DNA from: Phycisphaeraceae bacterium
Lineage (GTDB): Bacteria; Planctomycetota; Phycisphaerae; Phycisphaerales; Phycisphaeraceae
DNA length: 64,000 nucleotides
Assembly (NCBI GenBank): GCA_965230305.1
Contig: OZ245998.1
Span: 808,132-872,131 of the forward strand
Direction: 5' to 3'
Part shown: one piece after another, positions 43,766-53,579 of the stretch
How the letters are laid out: every line of letters begins with the position of its first letter
How positions within the stretch are numbered: position 1 is the stretch's first letter
Notes under the pieces: generated by a model
What the model was told of the DNA's origin: nothing
The model's input: only the letters and a program-made list of their open reading frames with translations
Databases searched by the model: none
Program-made: the position numbers and the translations under genes

Positions 43766-44168
43766 TGAGGCCTCCCGTCACCGGCGGCAGATGGCTTTCA
43801 AACCGCTTGTAAATCGCTTCAACCATGGGGAACGCCCGGACGCGGCCTTCGCCGCCGTCCATCCGCCCGACCATCCGGTCCGCTAGGATCGTGTCCAACT
43901 GCTGCCCAAACGTATCTTCCGCCATGCCCCCGTTGAACCGGTCGGTCTTCCAAGGCGAGTCTCGCAGCTGGGCAAACAAAGGCGCCAGGAACGCCGAAGC
44001 AACCAGCTCGCGCGACTTCTCCCGCAGCATCTCGCGCTGCTCGTCCAGCGCCCGGCCGCTCATCTCTTCCGCCAGGCGCTCAGCAAACCCCTCGCCGGGC
44101 AGCCGATCATTCAGCTGCGCGTCCTGCACCTTGGCCTGCACCTCGGTCGTGAAGTCAATCGCCATCAT
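43752..44168 (-). CDS. Rod-binding protein (FlgJ N-terminal domain-like, no muramidase domain)
   Basis: KSRELVASAFLAPLFAQLRDSPWKTDRFNGGMAEDTFGQQLDTILADRM resembles the Rod_binding domain pattern. Sits after flgI with an ATGA overlap. Confidence 0.6.
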   Translation of the reverse strand: MMAIDFTTEVQAKVQDAQLNDRLPGEGFAERLAEEMSGRALDEQREMLREKSRELVASAFLAPLFAQLRDSPWKTDRFNGGMAEDTFGQQLDTILADRMVGRMDGGEGRVRAFPMVEAIYKRFESHLPPVTGGLNVDA

Positions 44169-45247
44169 CGTGTAATCACCTCCGCGTGGATCACACCGGC
44201 GTCCTTCATCGCCCGGATGATTTCAATCTGGTCCCGCGTGTCCAGGCCCATCCGGTTAAACGCCTCCACCAGCGCCCGAAGCTCCGTCCCGCCACGCCCA
44301 GCAGGGTCAATCCCGATCACCGACTGCTCACGCAGCACCGGCGCGAACGGGTCCGGCTCGGGCTCGGGGTCCAACACCGTTAGCGTCACACCGTTATGGC
44401 TAAACGCCACCGGCGAAACCTCAACGTTCCCCGTGATCGCGATCGTTTCGCTCCGCTCATCAATGATGATGATCGCACGCCCGCCGATCTGCTCCGGCGC
44501 GATCTGCGTCTCCAGAATCGGGGCGATGAAGTTCACCGGGTTCTCCCGCTCCCAGACCGGCAACGTGATCTCCACGTTCGATTCATCCACCGCCCGCGCG
44601 ATCTCTGGCCCCTCCGGCGCGAACACGCCGTTGATCAGCAACGCGATGTTTCTCGCCGTGGTGTACGACGCATGCGTCTGATTCACGACCAGCGTCATCC
44701 GCCCGAACTCGTCGAGCTGCTGCGTCCGGACATCGCGCAACATCCGCGCACCGCCGGCAATCACGCCGGCCGTCGGCAAGTCCTCGTCTTCGATCGTGAT
44801 CTGCCCCGCCGCAAACGCGAACGCCGGCGCGTCCCCCAGCCCGCCGGGCACCAGAGGCACGATCCAAAGCTCGCCCCCTTCCAGGCTGCTGGCGTTAAAC
44901 GCCGACACCCGGACATCAAACTCATCGCCCTCCCGCGCACCGGAGCGTGGCAGGTCGCACACCACCGAGACCACCGCCACGTTCGCCGCCTCCGCGGTTT
45001 CTGCCGCCACCGTGTTGGGGTCCAGATACCGCCCCATCAGCTGCGCCAGCGACCGCGCCGCCGGCCCGAACTCGCCATCCCCCGTGCCATTCAACCCCAC
45101 CACCAGGCCTACACCCACCAGCGTGTTCCTCTCAGACCCCTTCACCCGAACGATATCCCGCAGCTGCACCGCCCCCGCCGGGTGCGTCGGCAGCATGCTC
45201 AGGACCAAGCTCAACGCCAGAATGAAAACCGCAATCCGTTGCATCAT
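44165..45247 (-). CDS. flgI: Flagellar P-ring protein FlgI
   Basis: Signal peptide, then VQLRDIVRVKGSERNTLVGVGLVVGLNGTGDG and a C-terminal LVEAFNRMGLDTRDQIEIIRAMKDAGVIHAEV. Confidence 0.9.
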   Translation of the reverse strand: MMQRIAVFILALSLVLSMLPTHPAGAVQLRDIVRVKGSERNTLVGVGLVVGLNGTGDGEFGPAARSLAQLMGRYLDPNTVAAETAEAANVAVVSVVCDLPRSGAREGDEFDVRVSAFNASSLEGGELWIVPLVPGGLGDAPAFAFAAGQITIEDEDLPTAGVIAGGARMLRDVRTQQLDEFGRMTLVVNQTHASYTTARNIALLINGVFAPEGPEIARAVDESNVEITLPVWERENPVNFIAPILETQIAPEQIGGRAIIIIDERSETIAITGNVEVSPVAFSHNGVTLTVLDPEPEPDPFAPVLREQSVIGIDPAGRGGTELRALVEAFNRMGLDTRDQIEIIRAMKDAGVIHAEVITR

Positions 45248-45325
45248 GTTTCCTCAGCCGCGCTCCTTGCGACCCGTGACACCAGCAACCAGCGGGCCAA
45301 TCCCGCAGATTCTGAAACCCAAAAA

Positions 45326-46045
45326 TCAGAAGTCGAAAATCGCCTCAAGCACCCGGCTGATCCAACCCTTCCGAGTCGACTCGCGAAGCTCGCCCGCATG
45401 TTCCTTGATCAGGTACAGGTCATACATCTGCGTCGACAGCACCGTGTTCTCTGCCGTGATGTCGTCCACCCGGCAGGTCCCCAGCAGCACCACATCCAAC
45501 GACTGCCCGTCCACCTCCAGGTACTTCCGCGCTTCCAACACCAGCGTCCCGTTGGGCAAAACTTCCAGCACCCGCGCGGTGATCCGGCCGGTCATGCTGT
45601 CGCTAGTCGAGAACTCACCCTCGCCCGACCAATCCCTGTCCGAGGTCACATCCAACTGCACCGGCGTCGTCAGGTTGTTGGGCGTCAACTGCAGGTCGAT
45701 CAGGTCCGACAACGACAAACGCGGGAACGCATTGATCGATGAATCAAAATCGGCCCCAACGCTCGTCTCCAGCTCCGAGTCAAAATCGCTCTGCATCGAC
45801 TCGCGGATCACGATCGTGACCAGGTCTCCCTCGGCATACTCCACCGGCGGGGGCAAAGGCACCGCCGTATCCGACCACACCCGCACCGCCGGGTGCAATG
45901 GCGTTGCGTCGGCCGACACCGCGTAACGCTCCTCATACCGCTCCGCCCGAGTATCACCCTCCGCTGACAGCACCAGACTCGACGTCTGCGCCGTCGCGCT
46001 CGCTCCCCAGGCCGCACCCAAGACCAACAGACTCAACTTACTCAT
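45326..46045 (-). CDS. flgH: Flagellar L-ring protein FlgH
   Basis: Signal peptide, GDLVTIVIRESMQSD, ITARVLEVLPNGTLVLEARK and CRVDDITAENTVLSTQMYD are FlgH family motifs. Confidence 0.85.
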   Translation of the reverse strand: MSKLSLLVLGAAWGASATAQTSSLVLSAEGDTRAERYEERYAVSADATPLHPAVRVWSDTAVPLPPPVEYAEGDLVTIVIRESMQSDFDSELETSVGADFDSSINAFPRLSLSDLIDLQLTPNNLTTPVQLDVTSDRDWSGEGEFSTSDSMTGRITARVLEVLPNGTLVLEARKYLEVDGQSLDVVLLGTCRVDDITAENTVLSTQMYDLYLIKEHAGELRESTRKGWISRVLEAIFDF

Positions 46046-47097
46046 CGCGTCGCTCCCGAGACTTCAACTTCCACACGGTTCCGCCCCACCACCACCGCAT
46101 GCACCGGCTCACGCCGCCCCGGCCGCTGCAACCGAATCGTCTCGCCGATCGCACCGTCCTCCATCGCCCGGGCCGATGCAGTGACTTCCACGCCGCCCAC
46201 CACCGCCTGCATCACGACATCCGCGCCCCGCTGCACCACGACCGGCGGGCGGATCGAATCCGGCGTCACGACCTCCCCTTCATCCATCGTCTGGGCCGCC
46301 GTCTGCCCGATCACCAACTGCAAATCCGACACGGGCTCCTCCGACGCCCGGGTCTGCCAGACCGAAGCGATCCGCAGGTCCCGTGAGCTCAGCCGCGCAT
46401 GCCGATCAATCGACCGTGCCGCCACCACCGCCAGATGACGCCGGGCCACCTCCACCGAGAACCGCCAAACCTCCGGCTCCGGCCGTGACAGATACCGCCG
46501 TACCGCCACGATCACCCGACCCACCCGTGCACCGCCGACCACCTCGATCTCGTACCGACCAGACACCGCTGGCGCCCGTAAAGCCTCCACGTCCCGTTCA
46601 CTGAAGGACAAACGCAGGTCTTCCAAAGCAACCCCCAACTCAGCCGCCAACCCCTGCTCGATCCGATCCTCCAGCGTGTATGGCCGATCGATCGCCACCT
46701 CGACCGCTTGCTCGTTCCCGACCACCGGCAACGCCTCGTCCACCGCGACCACCGGTCGCTCACTCCGAAGCTGTTGCACCTCACACCGCATGTACCCGCG
46801 CAACGACACCACCGACCAGCGCACGCCCGAATCGCTCAACGCCTGACGGACCTGCTCCAGTGAAACCGTCATCGCCCGCTGGCCATCCGCGAACCGCGCG
46901 ACTTCGATCGACGCCAACGCCAGGGCTTCGCCCTCCAGCTCAGCGACTTCTTCCAGCGTGATGATCGCGTCCTCGCTCGCCGCTTGGTCGTACAGCCGAA
47001 CCGAGTCGCCCCATGCCGGGAGCGCCAACCACGCCGCCAGCCCCAACACCATCCGACTTGTCCAAGCGTTCCGCATCACGAGCTCCTCACGATTCAC
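46042..47097 (-). CDS. flgA: Flagellar P-ring assembly chaperone FlgA (long variant)
   Basis: Signal peptide. C-terminal SAF-like domain (VIGQTAAQTMDEGEVVTPDSIRPPVVVQRGADVVMQAVVGGVEVTASARAMEDGAIGETIRLQ). Sits between flgG and flgH. Confidence 0.75.
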   Translation of the reverse strand: MNREELVMRNAWTSRMVLGLAAWLALPAWGDSVRLYDQAASEDAIITLEEVAELEGEALALASIEVARFADGQRAMTVSLEQVRQALSDSGVRWSVVSLRGYMRCEVQQLRSERPVVAVDEALPVVGNEQAVEVAIDRPYTLEDRIEQGLAAELGVALEDLRLSFSERDVEALRAPAVSGRYEIEVVGGARVGRVIVAVRRYLSRPEPEVWRFSVEVARRHLAVVAARSIDRHARLSSRDLRIASVWQTRASEEPVSDLQLVIGQTAAQTMDEGEVVTPDSIRPPVVVQRGADVVMQAVVGGVEVTASARAMEDGAIGETIRLQRPGRREPVHAVVVGRNRVEVEVSGATR

Positions 47098-47114
47098 CGT
47101 TCACGACTCACCGC

Positions 47115-47927
47115 TTACCGCCGCAGGTTCGCCAGCTGCGTCAAGGCTTCGTCCGCCGCCTGGATCGACTGGCTGTTGAACTCGAACGCACGCTGGGTCT
47201 TGATCAGGTCCACCAACTCCAGCACCGGGTCCACGTTCGAGCCTTCCAGCACACCCTGCTGAATGTTGCCCAAAGAATCCTCACCGGGGTTGCCTTCGAT
47301 CGCCGGCCCACTCGCGGGCGTCGGCACCAGAATGTTGCCCCCGATCGCCTGCAGGCCCGGCGGGTTGACGAAGTTCGCCAACTGAATCTGCCCTGCCTGA
47401 GATTCGGTGTCCGACCCCACTTCGATGTAAGACACAATCCCCTCTGCGGAGATCGATATCTCGCTGATATCCACGTCGGTGGGGATGTTGATCGGCGGTT
47501 CCAAACGAGGCCCGGTCGAGTTGCCCAGCACCAGGTCGCCGTCCGCGTTGCGGAACAAGTTCCCCGACCGCGTGTAGCCGATGCCGTCGCCGATCTCCGG
47601 GTTGATCGCGACCATGAAGAACCCCTTGCCATCGATCGTCAGGTCCAAGGGCCGATCCGTCGGCACCGGCGCCCCCTGCCGGAAGTCCTGCTGCGTGTTG
47701 CTGATCCGCGTGCCCAGGCCGACATACAAACCCGCCGGGCTCGGGTCGCCCAGCACGTTCTCGACACCCGGCTGCGCCCGCTCCTGATACGCCAAGTCTT
47801 CCAGGTTCGCGCGGAACGCTTTGAAGCCCGTCGTGTTGATGTTGGCCAGGTTGTTGGCCACGACGTCCAGACGCGTCGACATCGCCGAGAGTCCCGTCGA
47901 GCCCGAATGAAGTGCCGTCACTGCCAT
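47115..47927 (-). CDS. flgG: Flagellar distal rod protein FlgG
   Basis: LHSGSTGLSAMSTRLDVVANNLANINTTGFK .. LEGSNVDPVLELVDLIKTQRAFEFNSQSIQAADEAL. Confidence 0.9.
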   Translation of the reverse strand: MAVTALHSGSTGLSAMSTRLDVVANNLANINTTGFKAFRANLEDLAYQERAQPGVENVLGDPSPAGLYVGLGTRISNTQQDFRQGAPVPTDRPLDLTIDGKGFFMVAINPEIGDGIGYTRSGNLFRNADGDLVLGNSTGPRLEPPINIPTDVDISEISISAEGIVSYIEVGSDTESQAGQIQLANFVNPPGLQAIGGNILVPTPASGPAIEGNPGEDSLGNIQQGVLEGSNVDPVLELVDLIKTQRAFEFNSQSIQAADEALTQLANLRR

Positions 47928-47984
47928 GCTGCATTACCTTCCATTAGCCCCCGGCTCCGCCGGGGGACCGTGAATCCGTTTTGT

Positions 47985-48764
47985 TTACGACACCCGCCCG
48001 AACGTGTTGACCAGCCGGTCCGCCATCTGATCCTGGTACGTGATCATCCGCATGTTGCCGGTCATCGCTTTGGTGCTATTGATCAGCTGCATCAGCGTGG
48101 AAATCGGGTCCACCGCCGAAGCCTCGACGTGCCCCGGCCGAAGCTCCGGCCAATCCACCATCGACCGCGTGTCCGTGCCGTTCATCCCGAACAAGTTCTG
48201 CCCCCGCTTGACCAGCGCATCGCGATCCGACACCCGGACCACTTGCACCCGCCCGACGACCTGCTCGTTCTCGTCCACCAGCTCACCCCGGTCGTTGAAC
48301 GTCACCGTCATGCCCTCGGGCAGGTCGATCGGCACATCCCCCAGGCCCAACACCGCGTACCCCGACTGCGTCACTAGCCGACCGTCGGCGTTGCGGCTCA
48401 GCCGGCCGTCCCGCGTCAGACGCACGTGCAGTTCGCCGTTCGCGTCCGGCTCATGCACCGCCAGAAACGTGTCATCCTGCAACAGCGCCAAGTCCAGCGG
48501 CCGCCCGGTGGCCTCCGGCACGCCCACCGCCCAGCTCACGGACTGCGGCCCGGCAAACGTGCCGCCGCCCAACCGGTCCAGCAGGTCATGCGACGCACTG
48601 AAACCCAACCGGTCCTCCACCGCCTCCGCGTCCCGCTGCATCAACCCGGGAAAATCTGGCTTGAACCCCGCTGTCTGCGAGTTTGCCAGGTTGTTGGCAA
48701 AGACGTCCATCCGATACGAATTCGTCAGGACGCCCGAAGCGGACAGAAACATCCCGTAGTTCAT
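47985..48764 (-). CDS. flgF: Flagellar proximal rod protein FlgF
   Basis: SASGVLTNSYRMDVFANNLANSQTAGFK .. VEASAVDPISTLMQLINSTKAMTGNMRMITYQDQM. Sits upstream of flgG. Confidence 0.8.
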   Translation of the reverse strand: MNYGMFLSASGVLTNSYRMDVFANNLANSQTAGFKPDFPGLMQRDAEAVEDRLGFSASHDLLDRLGGGTFAGPQSVSWAVGVPEATGRPLDLALLQDDTFLAVHEPDANGELHVRLTRDGRLSRNADGRLVTQSGYAVLGLGDVPIDLPEGMTVTFNDRGELVDENEQVVGRVQVVRVSDRDALVKRGQNLFGMNGTDTRSMVDWPELRPGHVEASAVDPISTLMQLINSTKAMTGNMRMITYQDQMADRLVNTFGRVS

Positions 48765-49030
48765 CGCCGCACCTCCGTGTGCAACCGATGGCTACTCATC
48801 TGGACCGCGACGCTTCCATTCGTCGCCGACCCAGACGCCCGCGTGTTCATTGACTCCCCTGCTTCACGGGTCAACGCCTGCCCCAGATGCCCCGCCGCCG
48901 CCAGCCGCGCCAAACGATCCACGATCGCCCGCACATCCGCCTCACCCGCAGCCTCCGCTGCACGGATCAACGGCAACCATTGCGAACGCTCATTGGACTC
49001 AAAATTCGGGCTCACATCGGGCTCCATCAA
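48761..49030 (-). CDS. Small hypothetical protein translationally coupled to flgF
   Basis: 89-aa ORF whose stop overlaps the flgF ATG (ATGA at 48761..48764). No recognisable family. Confidence 0.35.
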   Translation of the reverse strand: MMEPDVSPNFESNERSQWLPLIRAAEAAGEADVRAIVDRLARLAAAGHLGQALTREAGESMNTRASGSATNGSVAVQMSSHRLHTEVRR

Positions 49031-49293
49031 GGCTCAGCGATGACCCATCGCCTCGACTCACCCAACACAACCCCCATGCCAGCCCCGAAAAACCACATGA
49101 CAAATAAACCCAAAGACATGCAAAAAAGCAACTTAAAACAATTATCGCCGCTTCAGCCAACCCGATTCCGCCCACACAAGCCCTCAGCGATGCGCAATCC
49201 TCTGCCCCGCCCTGCGCAAGCCTTGCGCCCATGGGCTTGCGCCCGCGTGCCAGCGATCAGAAAATGTCGACCTGCCCACCCGAGTTCCAAAAA

Positions 49294-50406
49294 CTACACC
49301 GCCTCGTCCAGCACCCCCCGCCGTTCCCTGAGCAAACCCGTCACCACCTGCTCAAACCCCGCGCTCTGCATCGCCTGACCCAGCCCCTGCCCCACCGCCA
49401 CCAGCAGCCGGATCAGCCCGTGGTAGTCGCTCAGCGCGATGTGCTCCAGCCCGATCTGCTTCGCCTGCGTATCCATGTTGTGGTAATGCCCCAACGGCAA
49501 GCAACAGCACGTCGCGGTGTAACCCAGCGCGTGAAACGCGCTGGCCTCGCACGTGCCGCCGGGCATCAGCTTCCGCTGCCATTTGAACGACGCATTCTGC
49601 TTTGCCAGCCCCGCGGCAAGCTGCGAGACCGCGTAGGTCAGCGCCGGCGTGAACGTGCTGGTCTTGTCGCCCACCCGGACGATCGGGCCCGCGCCGATCG
49701 GCGCCTCGGGCTGGGTCGCGCTGCACTCCAAACACACCAGCCTCGCCTCACCCGGCACCGTACCGCCCTTCGCTGCCGCGATCGCGCCGACAAACCCGAT
49801 CTCCTCCGCGCGGGTTAGCAGCACCCGCACATCCCCGGCTTCCTTCTGTTTCAGACAGACATCAAACGCGCTCAGCGCTGCCGCCAACCCGCCCAGGTCA
49901 TCACACGCCGGGGCCCACCACCAGCCCTTTTTTTCCTGCCCCTCGCCCAACGCCCAGGTCCCGACATCCCCCTGACCCAACGCCACCGCTTCATCCAGCT
50001 CGACTTCACACCGCCCGTACCACACCCCGCCGCCGCGTGGCACGTGCGCCCTGACCACCCCCTGCACCACCTCCTTGCCCCGCAGCCAGAACCGCACCCG
50101 GGTCCCGACGAAGTAGTCCGCGTGGACCCCGCCCCGAAAGTGCGCCTCGACCCGCGTGCCCTCTGCTTCATGCACGACAAACGCCGGGTGGTCCATATGC
50201 GCCGTGAAATACACCGGCCGCTTCGACCGCGCGCCCTTCTTCTTCAGCGTGAGGTTGCCGTACCCGTCGCGCGTCAGCGTCACCCCCGCCCGCCGCTTCG
50301 CCCAGAGTTCCACCCACTGCACCACCTGCCCCTCACGCCCCGCCGCCGTCGGCAAACAAGTCAATTCCTTCAACCACTTCTCGTGCTGCTTCTGCATAAG
50401 GCTCAT
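49294..50406 (-). CDS. M42-like (M20/M42 fold) metallopeptidase/aminopeptidase
   Basis: FTAHMDHPAF, ACDDLGG, LLTRAEEIGFVGA and PGGTCEASAF resemble the M42 metal-ligand motifs (HMDe.G, D.R.G, EE.G..GA, GG.tDa). Confidence 0.6.
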   Translation of the reverse strand: MSLMQKQHEKWLKELTCLPTAAGREGQVVQWVELWAKRRAGVTLTRDGYGNLTLKKKGARSKRPVYFTAHMDHPAFVVHEAEGTRVEAHFRGGVHADYFVGTRVRFWLRGKEVVQGVVRAHVPRGGGVWYGRCEVELDEAVALGQGDVGTWALGEGQEKKGWWWAPACDDLGGLAAALSAFDVCLKQKEAGDVRVLLTRAEEIGFVGAIAAAKGGTVPGEARLVCLECSATQPEAPIGAGPIVRVGDKTSTFTPALTYAVSQLAAGLAKQNASFKWQRKLMPGGTCEASAFHALGYTATCCCLPLGHYHNMDTQAKQIGLEHIALSDYHGLIRLLVAVGQGLGQAMQSAGFEQVVTGLLRERRGVLDEAV

Positions 50407-50423
50407 CCTGATCCGGGTACGGT

Positions 50424-51263
50424 ATGGTCACGATCCTACTCGCCATGCCCACGCCCGCCATCCAAGTCCGCGATCTCCACCTCACCCGCCAGGGCACGCC
50501 GATCCTTCAAGGGTTGTCCTGCACCCTGCCCGCCGGCCAGTGCACCGCACTGCTGGGGCCCAACGGATGCGGCAAGACCACCTTCACCCGTGTCCTCGCT
50601 GGCCAACTCTACCCCACGCAAGGCCAGGCCACCGTCCTCAACCAAACCCTCGGCCAAACCAACGTCCATCAACTCCGCCAACGCCTTGCCCTGATCAACC
50701 CCGCCTCGCTCAACGCAGGCACCCCCATCGTCCTGCCCCGCCTGTCTGCGACCGACGCTGTCCTCACCGGCTTGTTCGGCACCGTCGCGCTCTACCAGCC
50801 CGTCACCGACGACCAGCGCGACCATGCCCGCCATCTGCTCACCAAGGTCGGCCTCCAACACCACCTGGACCAGCCCTTCGGCACCCTGTCCACCGGCGAG
50901 CAGCGCCGCTGCCTCGTCGCCCGCGCCTTGGTCAAACAGCCTGAACTGCTGATCCTCGACGAGCCGACCGCCGGGCTCGACCTCGCCGGCCGGGAGCAAG
51001 TCCTCGCAGTCATCGAACAGATCCTCGCCGCGCCCCACCCGCCGACCGTGCTCATGATCACCCACCATGTCGAAGAGCTCAGCCCGCGTACCCAGCACGT
51101 CATCCTCATGCGCGACGGCCGATTCACCCAGCAAGGCCCGCCCGCCGACATCATCACCCCCGAACACCTCAGCGAAACCTTCGGCTGCAAGGTCTTCGTC
51201 AGACAGACCCACGGCCGATTCTGGCTCGAAGTCCTCCCCGAAGCCTGGCTCGATCTCATCTAA
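50424..51263 (+). CDS. ABC transporter ATP-binding protein (no adjacent permease)
   Basis: Walker [13 protein letters not shown], signature LSTGEQRR, Walker [13 protein letters not shown], and H-loop ITHH. An alternative ATG exists at 50445. Confidence 0.85.
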   Translation: MVTILLAMPTPAIQVRDLHLTRQGTPILQGLSCTLPAGQCTALLGPNGCGKTTFTRVLAGQLYPTQGQATVLNQTLGQTNVHQLRQRLALINPASLNAGTPIVLPRLSATDAVLTGLFGTVALYQPVTDDQRDHARHLLTKVGLQHHLDQPFGTLSTGEQRRCLVARALVKQPELLILDEPTAGLDLAGREQVLAVIEQILAAPHPPTVLMITHHVEELSPRTQHVILMRDGRFTQQGPPADIITPEHLSETFGCKVFVRQTHGRFWLEVLPEAWLDLI

Positions 51264-51283
51264 CTCCCATTATCATCTGTCCT

Positions 51284-51784
51284 ATGACCACCTCCCCCAA
51301 AGTCGGCCTGATCATGGGCTCCACCAGCGATTGGCCCACCCTCGAAAAAGCCGCCGAAGCCTTGGACGTGCTGGGCGTGCCCTACGAAGCCGAAGTCGTC
51401 TCCGCCCACCGCACGCCCGACAAGCTGGTCGAGTACGCCCGCGCTGCTGAGGGCCGAGGCATCCAGGTCATCATCGCCGGGGCCGGCGGCGCCGCCCACC
51501 TCCCGGGCATGGTCGCCTCCATGACCGTACTGCCCGTGCTGGGCGTGCCCGTCAAATCCCGTGCCCTCAACGGTATCGACTCGCTGCTTTCGATCGCCCA
51601 GATGCCCGGCGGGGTCCCCGTCGGCACGCTGGCGATCGGCGATGCCGGCGCCCGCAACGCCGGGCTCCTTGCCGCACAGATCCTCGCGCTGCAAGACCCC
51701 GAGCTCAACCATAAGCTCCACGCCTTCCGCGAAAACCAGACCCAAACCGTGCTGCAAGCCAAGCTGCCCCCCGCGGGCGACTAA
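51284..51784 (+). CDS. purE: N5-carboxyaminoimidazole ribonucleotide mutase PurE
   Basis: [19 protein letters not shown], and [17 protein letters not shown]. Confidence 0.95.
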   Translation: MTTSPKVGLIMGSTSDWPTLEKAAEALDVLGVPYEAEVVSAHRTPDKLVEYARAAEGRGIQVIIAGAGGAAHLPGMVASMTVLPVLGVPVKSRALNGIDSLLSIAQMPGGVPVGTLAIGDAGARNAGLLAAQILALQDPELNHKLHAFRENQTQTVLQAKLPPAGD

Positions 51785-51790
51785 CGCGCT

Positions 51791-52681
51791 TCAACTGAAC
51801 ACGCCTGACAGCTCCAGCACAATGGCCAGCCCGTTGTACGCGCCGTGCACCACGATCGCCGCGAGCAGCCAACTAAAGCCCCCGGCCAACTGCGGCGGCT
51901 TCTTGTCCCGCAGCGCCGCCCGCCAAACTTTCACCAACCCCACCGTCGTCAGCGCAGTACACCCCGTATGCAGCAGGACGCACACCGACCAGCGCCAGGC
52001 GATGATCTGAGGCGAGGGGTTGGGGATGTACACCTTCAGGTAGATCAAGTTCTCGATCACCGCGAACCCCAACGCCGCCGCGAACGTGACCCCAAAGATC
52101 GCCGCGCCCGATCGGAACAGATAAGGCCGCGTCTCGATCAGAAACGTTGCGACCACCGTCTTCATCAGTTCCTCAATCGTTGGCCCGATGACCACCATCG
52201 CCATGACCCCCGCCAGCATTATCGACTGGTTCATGTAGACCCCCTGCACCAGGAACGTCCCCAGCACCGACAGCACCCCCCCGACCAACATCGACGCCAG
52301 TAAAACCCCCCACCGCACGCCGTGGCCCGTCGCCTGACGGCGTTCATCCAGCCAGGTGCCGTAGCTCACCTCACCCGCCGGCGGCACCACCGCTTGGATC
52401 ATTGCGCCGCACTCCGGGCACGCCTCCCCGACCTCCGTGCCCCGCAGGTTGTAACCACACGCACTGCAAAGCCAATCGCGATCGATCACATCCCCAGCCT
52501 TGAGCCCAAGCCCCGGCAGCGTCGGCTCGTCGTACACCGAATGCGCCGCCGCGTCCCGGGAAGAGACCGGCCGATCCAGCCGCGCCGCCGCCTTGGCTTC
52601 GCTGGGGTCCATCGGCATCGGGCCGCCGCTCAGGTGCGGCTCATCAAACACGCGCTCCCCCGCGCCGTCTTTGCCGGCCAT
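51791..52681 (-). CDS. PrsW-family intramembrane protease-like protein with N-terminal Zn-ribbon
   Basis: Zn-ribbon CSACGYNLRGTEVGEACPECG at 52406..52468. Multi-TM body carries PrsW-like motifs GPTIEELMK, FAVIENLIY, HTGCTALTTVG and HGAYN. Start taken at MAGKDG (track ORF extends to 52726). Confidence 0.6.
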   Translation of the reverse strand: MAGKDGAGERVFDEPHLSGGPMPMDPSEAKAAARLDRPVSSRDAAAHSVYDEPTLPGLGLKAGDVIDRDWLCSACGYNLRGTEVGEACPECGAMIQAVVPPAGEVSYGTWLDERRQATGHGVRWGVLLASMLVGGVLSVLGTFLVQGVYMNQSIMLAGVMAMVVIGPTIEELMKTVVATFLIETRPYLFRSGAAIFGVTFAAALGFAVIENLIYLKVYIPNPSPQIIAWRWSVCVLLHTGCTALTTVGLVKVWRAALRDKKPPQLAGGFSWLLAAIVVHGAYNGLAIVLELSGVFS

Positions 52682-52685
52682 CGGC

Positions 52686-53147
52686 TCACCCCGCCTTCCG
52701 CACCACCGCCGTGCCCCACGCCACAACCTCCACCTGCATCGAGCCCCCCTTGCCGGTCATCCGCGAGATGCTCGAGGTCTCAAACCGAACGTTCCACACC
52801 TCGCTGGCACCGACCGACTCGGCCTGCTCCACCATCCGCGCCAGCGCCTCCCGCCTCGCACGGACCATCAGCGTTTGCGCCGACTTCAGTTCCCCGCCGA
52901 CCAGACTCTTCAGCTTGGCGACAAAGCTCTTGTAGTAATCCGTCGCGACCACCGTCTGGCCCATGACCATGAACGAGCTCTGCACCCGCTCAGGCTGAAC
53001 CACACGCTTCTGGTTCGTCACCAACGCCGTCCGCGCAGCTTCCCGCTCATCCAGCGCCTTCAAGTGGCGACGCTCCGCGGACCCGCCGAACAAAAAGCCG
53101 ACCGGGATCAAGGTGACCTGCAGGATGAGCTGAACCAGAACGTCCAT
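52686..53147 (-). CDS. YbjQ/UPF0145-family protein with N-terminal TM anchor
   Basis: TM LVQLILQVTLIPVGFLFGG, then a YbjQ-like core (KLKSLVGGELKSAQTLMVRARREALARMVEQAESVGASEVWNVRFETS .. VVAWGTAV). The start overlaps the upstream ybjQ stop by 1 nt. Confidence 0.65.
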   Translation of the reverse strand: MDVLVQLILQVTLIPVGFLFGGSAERRHLKALDEREAARTALVTNQKRVVQPERVQSSFMVMGQTVVATDYYKSFVAKLKSLVGGELKSAQTLMVRARREALARMVEQAESVGASEVWNVRFETSSISRMTGKGGSMQVEVVAWGTAVVRKAG

Positions 53148-53497
53148 CAGACGGTCACGCTCCCCTCGGCCGTCTGCGTCGGGGTATCCAGCTTCACCGC
53201 GGTGCCGTAGGCGTACAGCTCTGCCGCACCCGCCGTGACCGCCGAGGTCGTGAACCGCACGTTCACGACGGCGTCCGCACCCAGTTGCTGCGCCTGGCCC
53301 AGCATCCGCTGCATCGCCTCTCTGCGGGCTTCGGTCAGCAATTCGGTATATCCCTTCAACTCACCGCCGACGAGGTTCTTGAAACCCGCTGCGATATCCC
53401 GCCCGACATTCTTCGCCCGGATCGTGTTCCCCTGCACCAGCCCCAACACATTCACGATACGCCGGCCGGGCACGTCTTCGGTATTCACCACAATCAT
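53147..53497 (-). CDS. YbjQ/UPF0145-family protein (soluble)
   Basis: MIVVNTEDVPGRRIVNVLGLVQGNTIRAKNVGRDIAAGFKNLVGGELKGYTELLTEARREAMQRMLGQAQQLGADAVVNVRFTTS .. YAYGTAV is the canonical YbjQ pattern. Start at residue 51 of the track ORF. Confidence 0.8.
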   Translation of the reverse strand: MIVVNTEDVPGRRIVNVLGLVQGNTIRAKNVGRDIAAGFKNLVGGELKGYTELLTEARREAMQRMLGQAQQLGADAVVNVRFTTSAVTAGAAELYAYGTAVKLDTPTQTAEGSVTV

Positions 53498-53579
53498 GCA
53501 TGCTCCTTGATAAGGCCCGTGAAGCATACCACCGTTCAGCTTTCCACCTTTGGTGTCCTCACCGACTAAACTCCCAACC

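Noticed and set aside
49211-49250. GC-rich direct repeat cttgcgccc (49222..49230 and 49236..49244) plus small palindromes (gcgcaag/cttgcgc; a GGGC-GCAA-GCCC tetraloop-like hairpin on the - strand) downstream of the M42-like peptidase gene.
   Set aside because: It could be a terminator-like structure, but there is no T-tract and the stems are short or sterically tight. Not distinguishable from chance in GC-rich sequence.
50406-50424. Only 17 nt separate the divergent starts of the M42-like peptidase and the ABC ATPase, raising the idea of overlapping divergent promoters or leaderless mRNAs.
   Set aside because: An alternative in-frame ATG for the ABC gene at 50445, and uncertainty in both starts, explain it more simply. 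There is nothing to test from sequence alone.
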